DNA of 64,000 nt, from NCBI RefSeq assembly GCF_001194135.2, contig NC_068981.1, positions 191,754,315 through 191,818,314 of the forward strand, written 5' to 3'. The notes under the pieces are model-generated. The model worked only from the letters and a program-made list of their open reading frames with translations. It did not search any database and was not told the origin of the DNA. The DNA is from Octopus bimaculoides (Eukaryota). Of the stretch, positions 1 through 12,439 are shown in pieces. The number at the start of each line of letters is the position of its first letter. Positions within the stretch are counted from its first letter, which is position 1. The position numbers were made by a program, and so were the translations under genes.

Positions 1-2301
1 TAGGGCTCTTAATTGTAGATTTTAAATATTTGAGAGACAACAATGCATAAATCGTAATTTTTAAAAGAGCAATGAATTCTGGGTGATTAGAATATAACGT
101 AGCATGAATTTAGGAAGCTTAGAAAATGAATAAGCATGAATTTAAGACAACAACTGAATTCAATTGAATTTCATGGAGAGAAACAAGATAAATAATAGGG
201 GGCAAACTAAAGCGCGAAGGTATTATGAGATGTTTGAGGCCGTAAATAAATAAAAAAATCTCTATCTTATCTGCATCTTGGATATTTCGTCGTAGTATGT
301 CAGCGAGATAATTTAGAATGGGTTTCTCATTTATATATAGCCAGAACCTGAAGACCTTAAGGAATGTCTTGTGATATTTGTTCTGAATCCTTGAGCAGTG
401 GATTGGCAAGATTGTATGAACATCAAGCTGTATATCTTGCAGTAATTTGTTCCAGCTGTTTCCATTCTGAGGACAAAATTGCACCACAGCCTACTTGATT
501 GGTAGACTTAATCTGTCTTAACATCTTGGCTTAACATCTTCACTACTTAGCACCTTGAGTACCCTGAACAAAATTAACTTGTTTCAAGCATTTGGATAAA
601 ATCTCCAGTTCAAGGATACCTTTCTCCCGCCCTCCCACTAGTTTGAGAAGTCCTGTAAAGAGCCATGAACACTGCCTTCACTCTTGTAAGAGAAACAAAA
701 AAAGAATAAAAAAAGGAAGTAATCTTCAGAATGGACTAACAGTTTGAGATTATTTATCAGCTTTTTCTTAGCTGTGTTATGACATTGATATGTAGGTCTT
801 TCTTATGTGTACAACCTTTCAGACATACAAGAAGTATTCAATCATATGTTATGTCTTAAAATGGTTTAATAACAGTTGAAAAAAAAATAATAACTGAAAT
901 ATTTTTTATCCCCAGAGAAAAACCCAGCCTCTTTTATGCACTTCTAACTATGTTGTGGATGTAGTTGCTTCTGTAAGTATTGTTAGATTTTGGCCACAAT
1001 TAGGAGTTGGCATTAAATGTAACCCACTTAAGTAGAATGTTATGACCTCTAATTCAGAAAAGACAGCTGGATGAGCCCAAGGATCAATTTATTTGAGCAG
1101 TAGATATTATAGCTCATAAAACTATAATAGATGAGTAATAGGCTTGGAAAGACTTGATAAAAGTGTGTAGCATAAAGAAATGCTAGACTGTTTGGTAGAA
1201 AAGTTTAACTTTGCTAAGGGAGAGGTTTGGTATTGTTTTGTACTGTAGGGATATAAAGGGTATTGTTTTGTGCTACAAGTATTTCAAATTGCAAAAACTA
1301 TCATTAAGTTCATAATGACATTAGCAGTCTTGTTTTTCATAATGATAAAAGGAATGGTTTGAGAGGTTGTTAAGCAAGGAATATGAATGTAATAGGAGAG
1401 GCAACCCCAAACAGAGGAGCCATGTGTAGAGATTAGCATGGGTCTATTTAGAAACAAAATATGTTTAATAAATGCTCAAAAATTGATTTAACTTTTACAA
1501 CAGTCACCATGGTCTGCATTCCAGTCATAAAATCATCATGGAGAGAAAGCACAGCATATAATGCAAATAGTATTCTGGATACCAAAACCATTATTACAAG
1601 TAATAACATTGTTAATAAATGGTAAGGATCATGAAGCTTGGGCTGGCTGCTAAGAAAGACATGTTATTGACTGATTCAAGAGAGCAGTTCCTCTGTGAAT
1701 CGAGATACTGTAAGTAAGCATGATCTGGATTGGTAACCAGTTTAGTGTATAGGTGGGTATTAACCAGAGCCCTGATAATAGCTCACATCACTTCATTATG
1801 ATCTTTGAAGCAAATAACACAAGGACTGAGAGTCTTTGAAAATGTTTAAATGCTAATCATCTTCCTTTTGAAGAAACTACTAGAGAGTGGCAGAAAACCT
1901 ATATCAAAAAGAATGGTTCTTAATCAAGTTTTAAACAAATATTATTGGTTGCAGGGAATGCTAAAAAACACAGGAACTGCTTTTGTTTAATGTGTGTATG
2001 TTCTGTTAGTGGATTGCCATGATAAATGACCTGGTTCACTGTCTTGAGGACAAATTGATTCATAATTTTGTACATCTCACTGTCATCCCCCTCCACCCCA
2101 CCAAAAAGAAATAACCATTAAGATCTCAAACATATAATAGGAATTTCAAAAGAAATTGGTTCAATCTTGTATGTTGTGATAATCGCTTACACAAAGTATT
2201 GTTATTTGTAATGTTTTGTAACAAAGAAATATGTGTATGTATTTAGTTTGCAAGATTCTTGATGTGAATTTGTCTGTTGAAACAAATTTTGTTGTGTCTT
2301 A

Positions 2302-2638
2302 GGAGAGTCATTACACCAATAATCAGTACACATGCACAGGTTCAATTCTATTTCTTTATTGTTAGTCAATTGGTTAAATATCTAACCAACTAACTAATCA
2401 ATCGTTTGTTTAATGTGTTAATTCTCAGACAGACAAAAGCAGGCAAAAGAACTTTGATGGACAAACAAACAACTGATTGATTGTTTAACCAACATATTAA
2501 ACAAATGATTGATGAGTTAGTTGGTTAGATATTTAACCAATTATCTAATTTAACCAATTAGATATTTAACCAATTATCCAATACTAAAGAAGTAGAAATG
2601 AACTTGTGCATGAGTTATTATTGGTGTAATAACTTTCC
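2302..2638. mobile_element. Foldback/MITE-like element with ~120-bp terminal inverted repeats
   Basis: 2302-~2420 (ggagagtcattacaccaataat...ggttaaatatctaaccaactaact) is the reverse complement of ~2490-2638. The right arm carries an internal tandem duplication of agatatttaaccaatta. Confidence 0.8.
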
Positions 2639-2796
2639 CAACACACAACAAAATCTGTGTAAGTGAAGGTGTTAAAAATTACTAACTCTTATCTGATTCC
2701 AAATCCTGACACTGTTAAGGCATTACACTACTTCAGTGTTCTTTGATGATGAACTATTTGAATTTTTGGAATCAATACTTATTCATAATATACTAT

Positions 2797-3253
2797 CTCA
2801 CCGAGGCGATGACTACTGACCAAGACCTTTGGAAATGTGCTGTGCGTGAGAAGACCCGGCAAGCCAAGTAAGATCGTTGCCAGTGCCCCTGGACTGGTTC
2901 TTGTGCGGGTGGCACATGAGATGCACCATTTTGAGCGTGGCCGTTGCCAGTACCGCCTGACTGGCTCCTGTAGGATTTTCGAGCGAGATCGTTGCCAGTG
3001 CCCCTGGACTGGCTTGTGCGGGTGGCACATAAAAGACACCATTTCGAGCTTGGCCGTTTTCGTGCGGGTGACACGTAAAAGCACCCACTACACTCTCTGA
3101 GTGGTTGGCGTTAGGAAGGGCATCCAGCTGTAGAAACTCTGCCAAATCAGACTGGAGCCTGGTGTTGCCATCCGGTTTCACCAGTCCTCAGTCAAATCGT
3201 CCAACCCATGCTAGCATGGAAAGCGGACGTTAAACGATGATGATGATGATGAT
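2797..3253 (+). mobile_element. 5'-truncated RTE-clade LINE: ORF C-terminus, tandem-repeated 3' UTR and (GAT)n tail; young copy
   Basis: Encodes LTEAMTTDQDLWKCAVREKTRQAK*, matching the end of the RT remnant at 51460-51650. Ends ccaacccatgctagcatggaaagcggacgttaaac(gat)n. CpGs are intact. Confidence 0.85.
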
Positions 3254-3489
3254 TGCTCTCAGTAAATCTTCATTTAATGCCTGTTTTCCATGCTGGCATG
3301 GGTTGGATGGTTTAACAAGAGTTGGCCAGCTGAAGAGTTGCCCAGGCTCTGTGACTGTTTTGTAAATATTTCATGAAATTGTGAAAAATGGATATACTGG
3401 GCAGGGGGATTAGTGAATTGATATTTTAGTGTATGTAATTGTTATGGTGTAACTCATTAATTTTCCCACTATCTTCATTCTTTGTTTAA

Positions 3490-3695
3490 CTTAAATTGTG
3501 TGATATCAATCCATCCAAGACCACCCCTGGTTTTATGATACAAGCTTCCTGTTTTAAAGTTATCCAAATTAAAACCTATCAAAATTTCATGTTATGTTTC
3601 AAACACCAACTTAATAACTTATTTTACTAAATTCTTCATTATTTTCAAAACCAATTGAAACTATTTCGACAGAAATATGGTAACAAAAGGGTTAA
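3490..3695 (+). mobile_element. piggyBac-like non-autonomous element, family P2
   Basis: Ends AAAGGG-TTAA. Internal sequence is shared with 28879-30194 and 57455-57625. Confidence 0.65.
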
Positions 3696-4493
3696 TTGTT
3701 TTAGTTTAATTAATATGATTTTATGTTTTTGTTTTGTCATTTCATCTGATTTTCATATTTTTTATTACTATCATATCTACAATAGAATTTTAAACAAATT
3801 ATGTTTTTTTCTCTGAATCCTGTTAGATATCTTCCCTAATTCTATCAATTTGCAACACTTTTTCACAATAGCTTTTGGACCCAAAGATATAGCCCTCTCT
3901 TTTATTAAAAGTATTCTTGGTTCCTAATTTCCATTAATTCTCACTTTATTTCACATTGTAAGAAAATGAACATTATAGATTGTATAACGTTTTCTGATTT
4001 TCACATTTACCAATTTATCATTATGCTCCCATTCTTACACAATATGAAGTGTTTAATAGTTACAACTAAACTTCAAATTTCAGTTTTTTTTTTTTGTGAA
4101 ATAAGTTCACATGCTGAACAAAAAAACAAAACAAAAAACAAAGAAAATCTAGAAAGAAGAAAAAAAATTCTGTCCTGTATCACCCCCACTGTTTCCATTA
4201 GTTACTGATTACTGCAGTAGTAAGTAGCTTTAGATGTGATAAATGGGTAGGGAAGGTCAACAGTCTTAATGGTCTGTGTGCTTATTTAACAAATAACATC
4301 AGCAGCATTAAATGACTCTAGCTCTATCTAGCAAACACTACCACAAAGCTTAGACACATGGTAGCTAACTGGCAGCCAGCTGGGACACAGACAATTTTTT
4401 TTTTGTTTTGGAAAATATCTAACAGTTCTGTAAAATCTGAAAAGGATGTAACCATTCCTATGTAGCATCAGTGTTAATATCTAATATTTACAG

Positions 4494-4559
4494 TGAAATG
4501 ATTTTCGGTCATATACGTCCAGTGTTATTTTCCATTGTTTATGTGAATTTCCAAAGCGT
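4494..4559 (+). other. Candidate 5' UTR exon of the CDK14-like gene (66 nt, contains uATGs)
   Basis: Acceptor atatttacag|T and donor CGT|gtaagt. Unique sequence with retained CpGs, 333 nt upstream of the ATG-bearing exon. Confidence 0.45.
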
Positions 4560-4722
4560 GTAAGTTAATGTTGATTCATTTTGTTCCTCCAGGATGTAGT
4601 GGTGTTATGAACTGTGATTGTTAGTTTTAATGTTTATAACCTGTTTAATTCTCAACACTTGTGGGAATATAATCTGTAAGATATATATGTATATGTGCAT
4701 GCATGTATACAAAATATGTATG

Positions 4723-4726
<4 letters not shown>

Positions 4727-4776
<50 letters not shown>
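4727..4776. repeat. (TA)n microsatellite
   Basis: Direct reading. Confidence 0.95.
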
Positions 4777-4779
<3 letters not shown>

Positions 4780-4910
4780 GCAGATTTTGAATGTGCTTTC
4801 TAAATTTGTAAACGAAATATTCAACTTGTTTGATTTTTCTGTTTTGTTTTACAGATAATTTCTTTAACTTTGTTCATTATCTGTTATTTTAGAGAAAAGC
4901 AATCAGATAT

Positions 4911-4916
4911 ATGCCG
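4911..4916 (+). CDS. CDK14: CDK14-like kinase, candidate start-codon exon (exon 4893-4916 or 4855-4916; codes M-P, phase 0)
   Basis: Acceptors ttattttag|A (4893) and gttttacag|A (4855); ATG CCG|gtgaaa donor. Joining to 20035 gives an open frame into the recognisable PFTAIRE N-terminus. The donor is only moderate. Confidence 0.55.
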
Positions 4917-5809
4917 GTGAAATTTATTTCAACCTTATTCTAGATTCTTTCACTATGCTAAAAAAACAGTAATTGAGAAAAAATTCAAAAATTCTAAGCT
5001 TTCTTTCAGTTTAGTGTGCAATATTTTTTCAGAAACAATTTTAGTTTATTCTAACTTGAGGATAAAACTTTAATCTCTTGTTGCAATTTTTATAGTTGTG
5101 AAAAAAATTTCCCCTTAAAAAAATAAAAATGCTTTTATTTAGTTTGTGTTTATCCATTACATTAAGGATTTTAATTTATGTTCTGGAATAGGAGAAATAT
5201 TCTTTAGAAATTTATGCCTTCAAGTGATAGTGTTATAAACACACATGCATGTGCTAACTCAATTTTATTTAAGAGTTTACATATGCTGTAATATAAATCA
5301 AGCACTTGTATTCATTTACTCAAATAATTTTATTTCATATTAAAATATGAAAATAAAACGTAAGTAATTATGTAAATTATAAAACAAATGAATTTGATAT
5401 TAAGATTGTTATTCTTATCATTGGCATATTGTTTAGAATTTGTATTTTCATGTAGATTTGTAAGGATTAAAGTATGACTGTTTTCTCTTATCTACTATTT
5501 TCCTATACTCTAACTATACTAAATGTAAATCAGAAGCAAAGATTTTATAACTGGATAGCTTTCCTAAACACCGCCCCACATTGTATGTGTGTGTTTGTGT
5601 GTGCATACAAAAGAAGTGAAAGAGACTCATAAAATAAATATATATCTTAATCTACTCACTTGCTATATAAATCAGATGTTAGATATGTATAAATAATATA
5701 CAATAATACCCAAAATACAATTGTTTAATTATTAACATAACTACGTGGAATTATTTTATTAAATAATTAACAATCAAATGATATAATAATTGCATAATTT
5801 CTAGTACAT

Positions 5810-5950
5810 GAACTCAGCAGACCTATGATTAAGGACATTCTAGTTATGACTATTCTGTCTTTTAGTAAGACATAGGTTATATAGAAGCTAATTATCCAAT
5901 GTGTCCTTTAGTCTTGTGATTTGAGGGATTTTTGTCTGTTTCTTGCAAGT
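5810..5950 (+). repeat. Old dispersed repeat (unclassified family)
   Basis: gcagacctatgattaaggacattctag...gtgatttgaggg. Diverged relatives at ~15495-15690 (+), 53280-53512 (-), 56360-56545 (-) and 59045-59240 (-). Confidence 0.55.
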
Positions 5951-7202
5951 CATGACAATATGGTTTCATACATCATATTGAGATACATGATGTATCACAA
6001 ATCTGTCCAGCTCAGATCAGCTCTGAAAAATGATCTTAATCCAGTATTGTATTTACATTTGTGACTAGAATGTTATTAAAGAGACAACTGAATCCATAAA
6101 AAATGTTTTTGCGTTAAAAAAAAAAAAAGAACCAAAAAGATATTGTCTGTTACCAAATATTTCTTTGGATCAATATTTAATCAAAATTTATTTGAAAGAT
6201 AATTAAGAACTAATTGGAAAACATTCATTTCAATTTTCAAACATTATTGTCTATTCTATGAAAGAAAGTAGCGTGTGCTTTTATTCCCCACTGTCTCCAA
6301 AGAAGACTAGTCTTTGGGATGAAAATTTAGCTGTTATATGAGACTTATCATTCATAACAATGGCTTTGAGGGTCTTGGCTATAATTTGTTTAAGATTTTT
6401 TTCTTTTTTTTTTTTTTGTGCTGTGGAAACAAAGTAGTTTGTTGTCTTTATTAGAGGATATATTTGAGTGGTCTGTGTTCATGGAAGCAGTGCAGGTTTG
6501 GCATAAAGCATTTAACTTGCAGGTTGATGATAGCTGGATTCAGAAAGTTAAGGTAGAGCAGAAAGTGACATCAGCCACATAAGTGTGGGCATTGTCAGGT
6601 GTGACAGCAGGGTTGTGGAGTTGCTATACCAAACCTTCAACTCTGATTTTAGTTCCTCTTTTTGTAATTAGACTAATCATTTATTGATTTAAAACACACA
6701 ATATGTACTTTTTAGTACCCCAACTTGTTAAAGCTTATGTTTAAAGGCTACTGCTGTTGTGGTTTATTTATTAAAGCAGTTACAGACTAGCACAAGGCAA
6801 AGTTTAACAAAATTAAAAAAAAAATCCACTGTTTTTATCAAAAGGCTAAATAAAGAAACCCCTGAACATTTTTATTTACCAGTTCAAAAATCTAAACTAC
6901 AGTTAAAATGAAATGACTGAACATTTAAAACTTAACAACTGACCATATTGAAAACAAAATAATTTCAATTAGATATGTAGCCTTTCCATTTCAAAATTAA
7001 AGCATTGTTTAAATATATAATTTAAGTGAATTTAACATGAAGAGTAACATTAAATGAAATAATTATTTTATAAAATATCGACAAGTTTATTAAAGAAACA
7101 TATCTATAAAATAGGGGTTAAGTCACCAATCCATATCTAAAATTTACTGTCTTGTTCTTAGAAATAGAATTGCTTTTACCAGATCCACCTTTGTAGAAAC
7201 TT

Positions 7203-7437
7203 TTAGCCCTCTGGCATTCAAATTACTCTGTAATGCTTATTTATTCACATTGTTTTGAATTAATCATCCATTATCTTGTACTTTTGAGATTTCCATGATG
7301 TAATTATTATTTTTAGAATGACATTGTTGGGTAGATGTGAAAGGCTAGATCTTGCTGGTTTGAACATCAAGAATTTTTGGGCTGGATATGGCAGAATTTT
7401 TGGGCCAGATATAGCAGTTTGAATACTAAAAGGTTAA
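7203..7437. mobile_element. piggyBac-like MITE, family P1
   Basis: Degenerate TIRs ttagccctctggcattca ... tgaatactaaaaggttaa (TTAA-CCCTTT type ends). Homologous to 48190-48410. Confidence 0.75.
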
Positions 7438-8687
7438 ATCTAATATATTTTTCAATGCAGTAAATAGTACAATTATTGTGAAATTGGAAATTTTTAACAT
7501 GTTAGATATATCATTGGAGTGAGTACATTTTTTATGAACTCTAACTTTAGTAACCCAGTAACTACTTCCAAATCTAACTCAACAATCCTGAATGACAGTA
7601 TGTAGATTGTTGAGGTGGGGGACTTGACCAAACCCTGCAATAGAGTTGAGTGTTGAGCAGAAAGAACAGAACAGCATGTTGTGATGTGATCTGACAGGAA
7701 GCTTCTAATGGAAGAGATGGGATAAAGATAATTGCGTTATAATTTAAAGCAGTAGAATGGTCATCTTAGAGTGGTCATCTCCATGTTACAAATATGATCC
7801 TAAAAGAGATTTTTGAATTAATCTTGACTATAAAATAAGGACCTGTAACTTTTGCATAAGGTTACAAATTTTGTAAGGAGGGGATGAAGTTAATTAAATT
7901 AATGCAGAACCTGACTAGTACATATTTTGTAGATGATTAAAGACAAATCCAGCTGGATTTCAGTTCATTATGTAAAGGGATGTAGTGAAATACTGCAAGG
8001 TATTTAACTGGCACCCTACCGTTTCTTCCACTCCACCTCCATAACCTTTAATAGAATAATGGTTGGCTATTTCTAGATTAATTTTTCCGATAAGAATATT
8101 TTAATGTATTTATATCATTCTGAATTTAATCAGATTATTCACTCTCTCACATATGCTCTTTAAAGGAAGCATTTGCAAGATAGTTACTACTTAATGTAGT
8201 ATGTTGAAATAAAAATCAAATGGATTTAATTGTTTATACCAATTAAATAGTAAAAACAAAAAAAAAAAAAAGTAAATCCACAAAGTTGGAAAAGCTTGAA
8301 GGAAAAATACTAAAATGTTGTTATAATCAATTTCTTAGTAATGTGTGCTTATTTATGAGAGTATAATTAAAAGACAATTTTATAAATTCAAGTATTCAGG
8401 TTTATTATGTTTATCGATATGGATTTTATCAACATAGTCAATGTTTGCAGTTTTTGTGATGTTACAACACATCTACAAAGTTTACATTTCACATTTACAG
8501 TCGTTTTCTCCTGGTTTAAAAAGAAATTTTTAAAAATGTTTTTTTTTACTTGTTTTGAGACTTATTTGCTGATAATGTAAGACCTGGAGGAAAATTAAAA
8601 GTTTTTCTGGAATGTATCACAAACAAATTCCAAATCCCAGTCTTCAGTGATGTAGCTGTGCTGGAAATAACAACAAATTTCATTTTC

Positions 8688-8689
8688 TC

Positions 8690-8742
<53 letters not shown>
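8688..8742. repeat. (CT)n-rich microsatellite
   Basis: Direct reading. Confidence 0.9.
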
Positions 8743-8746
<4 letters not shown>

Positions 8747-9043
8747 TAAATATGTGTTTTCCTGCTAATCTGATTTAGCCTCTTTTGTCTTCCTTTAGTA
8801 TATTGCTTCTAATTTGTGTGTGTGTGTGTGTGGAGAGATAGAGAGAGATTTTGAAATTTAAAGAAATATTTTGTAAAAAGAAAACTGTTACTGTTTAAAA
8901 TCAAAATAGTGAAACATTTAAGAGATAAATTCAGCCAGCAGTCAAGATGCCTGGTCATTTCTAAAAATATTTTGCTCTTAATCATTTTAAAACACACAAC
9001 TGATTGCTTAATTTTGTTTGTACTTTGTCTAAAATACGGTCTT

Positions 9044-9203
9044 TTTCTTCTTCTTCTTCTTCTTCTTCTTCTTCTTCTTCTTCCACTTCTTCTTCCACTT
9101 CTTCTTCCACTTCTTCTTCCACTTCTTCTTCCACTTCTTCTTCCACTTCTTCTTCCACTTCTTCTTCTTCTTCTTCTTCTTCCACTTCTTNNNNNNNNNN
9201 NCC

Positions 9204-9234
<31 letters not shown>

Positions 9235-9310
9235 CTTCTTCTTCTTCTTCTTCTTCTTCTTCTTCTTCTTCTTCTTCTTCCTCCACTTCTTCTTCTTCTT
9301 CTTCTTCTTC
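9044..9310. repeat. Compound (CTT)n / (CCACTTCTTCTT)n repeat spanning an N gap (9191-9201)
   Basis: Direct reading. Source of the poly-K/E/S/L ORFs in the track. Confidence 0.95.
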
Positions 9311-10689
9311 ACAGCTGGGAAAGATGCTGGCTTCACCCTTCATTGAAAACTTTTGTAATTGACTTACATATACATGCGTGCTATTATATACAATTGTATC
9401 ACATGCAAAATATATCATGTACAGATATATATAATTTTTAATGTATCTGAGGAGGTGAGCCATTACTTATAATTCCATATGAAATAGTTTTGTTTGACAG
9501 AGATAGTAGGGTCAAGCAGTGATTAATATGAAAATTAGGTAGTGCTTGGTGGGATCCTATGAGAAAGAAATGAGTTCTCTCAATGTGTCATTGCATCAGT
9601 TAACTAAATGAAGTGCAACTAATGTTTGATACTGGCTCTAGAGAAATATACTGTATGAATTGTGAGGTGCAGAAAGACAGGTGCAGCTGGTAGGTTTGAG
9701 AGTAGTAGTAGTGCAGCAAAGGGAATATAGCCCATGAGATATAAAGTGAACAAAGACTACAGCTTGGTAATGAGCCAGGGTATGAGGATTTTCAGTGATC
9801 GAAAGTTTATTAATCAAGCAGTTGGTTATGTTAAATATGGGCTCAATAGGGAGTAGTGATTGATTTTAAGTGGTGTTACTGCTTCTGTCATGGACTGATA
9901 TCACAATCCTTACAGTGGTGGTCTTGTGGAACATAGAGCAAAGTGAACTAGACTGTTGAGAGACATCTGTAGACTCCTCATCTTGTTGATCAATACCCTA
10001 TTCACTCAGATATCTGAAGCTCTTTGATGTAAGGCATTAATGATCAATGTTATTAGACATACAAGAAGAGTATTTTGACATGTGGCATGCTATTGATGAA
10101 TATCAGTTGCTGTTAGGTCTACGTTATTTGCTCTGAAGAAAAATAAACTTTGGATAATGTTAAAGGTATGAGGTTTTCAGGAGATTATTTCAGCCAGCTT
10201 ATCATTCATAAATCTGAATTGCAGTGGTTTGGTATATGGGTATTTGTGTCTGTATGTAATTGAGAAAATATATTGCGTCAGGTCTCTTTGCATAATCTCT
10301 TTGGCTGTTGTGTTCCGTCTACATTGTTTACATAGGATCTAATTATGTAGTACTTTTGTAGTATTTTGTTCTGTTCTGATATACACAGCTTAATTTTAAC
10401 AACTTTAAAAAAAAGAAAAAAGCTGACATCTCCAGCTGTTGATTGAAAGAGTTAGCTTTTTCAGTCAACAGATGATCAAGTATCATTGAACCCCAAAATA
10501 CTGAGTCAGCTTCAAGACTATACTGCTGATATGGTGAATCAGTATTAATGTACAGGTGGTTTTTATTGTGGTCATAGTGAATCAAATATTGTGGAATGAT
10601 CCTACCAGCTAGTTAGGAACTTGTATGTTTGAATGTGGATATCTTTCATTTTCTCTTTTACACATCAGTCTTAACGTCCATAAAACTTA

Positions 10690-11040
10690 GATATGTTTCG
10701 ACCAAAGATTGGTCCAGGCCATGTCTAACTTAAAAGCACCACCTGATAGGATTATCTAAATCCTTTTTCCAGTCAAGTTTTGTTTATGGTCCATTCAAGT
10801 AGTGAGTTCTTATTGAGTGAGTCATCCAGATATGGGTGGCTTATCTGGTATTCCTTGAAGAAATCTGTCTAGACTCCATTTAAAGCTGATAGGATCGTAT
10901 ATTGGATTTTTGGATGACATTCTATACTATAACCACAGGTCATCCAATACCAAACTTGTTAAACAGAAACTGAAGCTGCCTGTACATTACTGTGTCAAGT
11001 TTGTATTTTCTCTCATCTTTACATGTGTTTGCTGACTGTA
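10690..11040 (-). mobile_element. Decayed CR1-like LINE 3' end
   Basis: The minus strand reads DPISFKWSLDRFLQGIPDKPPISG, like the FK..LD.FL..IPD.P terminus of invertebrate CR1-group RT ORFs. Confidence 0.55.
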
Positions 11041-11329
11041 AGCAACAATACAGGCAGTGTCCTTTGCTTGTAGTCCAGTGTAGAAACCATGTCTAGGCCT
11101 CTAGACATGTCTTCACTTGTGTGATTTTTGCTGATAAATGGCTTATTCAAATGGGATTGTAATTTTCCACTTCACCACATAACCATGTCTGCACTGTTTG
11201 TTGTTTCATGAACTAAGTGATTATTATCTTTCTTGGAAACAGGAATGTGTTGGTAAGTGATTTTCTACACCTGGATGTAGGTGTAGAGAAAATTGCTATT
11301 TTGTTTGTTTGACCCATGCAAGCATAGAA

Positions 11330-11570
11330 ATCATCCAGACTCCAACTATCTGTGGTGGCTTGGTTTCTACAGCTGGATGCCCTTCCTAATGCCAACCACT
11401 TTACAGAGTGTGTGGGTGCTTTTTATGTGCCACCGGCATGGGTGCATTTACACAGCACCAGAATGAGTGCGTTTTTATGTGGCACTGGCACCTGCAAAGG
11501 ACAACTTGTATGTATGGATGACAGTGATTTTACTTAGTTTGACATATCTTAAGTACAACAAATCACCACA
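11330..11570 (-). mobile_element. RTE 3' UTR fragment
   Basis: tttctacagctggatgcccttcctaatgccaaccac, the reverse complement of the 3110-3140 segment. Confidence 0.75.
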
Positions 11571-12439
11571 AATAAGGGTGGTAAAACAAACACATACGCA
11601 TGTTAAAATACACACACACACACACACATATGCATGCACATGGATGTTAAAATGTACACACACACACACTCACATGTGTTAAGACACACACTCACAGGGA
11701 TGTTAAAATACACACACCTTATCATCATTTACACCCTGTGTCACTTTTTGGCATGGGTTGAATGGTTTGACAGGATCTGATGTGTCCAAAGACTGTATTG
11801 TGCTTCAACGTTTTGGTATGGTTTCCATAGTTGGATGCCAGCTATTTCCCAGCATGAACTGAGTGCTTTTTTCATGCCACTTGCACTGGAAAGGTGGGGT
11901 CAGCTTCATGCTTGTGGATGAGGGAATTGAACTGTGAGAAGTGGTGGGGCAGTGCAGGTTCTTGTAGAGGTTCTGCATGGTTACTCACATCTTGTAGGGG
12001 AAGTGGAGAGAAAGAGAAAGTAAACAGTAGGAGCTGCAAGAGATAAACAATGGTAATGAGATGCGTATGTGGCACCACAAGGCACAAGGTGATTTGAAGA
12101 TTGTATGGGAAGTAGAATGAGTGGATGGGCAGACAGATTGCCAGAATGGGTAGGGTTGAAGAGCTGACAAGCAAGAAGTTATGAGTTGGGAAAGTTAGAG
12201 GGATGCTGAAGAGAGTGAAGGTGGGGTGGCAAGCAGCAAGAATAGTAAAGATGATTGATGGGGGCATAAGAGAGAGGAACAACATGGCTGGTAGTCTACA
12301 GAGAGAGAAGAGGCAGGCCTAATGCATGGAAAGTGTGGTAAGTTACTGTAACATGGGTGAAGAGTATAATATAGAGCACTTTCAGAACTGTTTTGCTGAG
12401 GATAGCAAGTCTCATATCGTTAGAGATCCTAATCCTTTG

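Noticed and set aside
119-487. 122-aa minus-strand ORF
   Set aside because: No recognisable domain or splice context, composition typical of AT-rich non-coding DNA, and antisense to the inferred gene.
1619-1709. ORF MVRIMKLGLAAKKDMLLTDSREQFLCESRY ending at a phase-1 T|gtaagt donor, in frame with exon 50378
   Set aside because: A possible further first exon, but with a weak exonic donor context and no homology support. Such matches are expected by chance over 50 kb.
2779-3181. Four overlapping 87-122 aa ORFs
   Set aside because: By-products of the GC-rich tandem-repeated RTE 3' UTR.
5347-5359. ATG AAA ATA AAA C|gtaagt (MKIK, phase 1)
   Set aside because: In frame with exon 50378, but it lies in low-complexity A-rich sequence and is probably chance.
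8809-9463. Long poly-K/E/L/S ORFs
   Set aside because: Translations of a (CTT)n repeat across an N gap.
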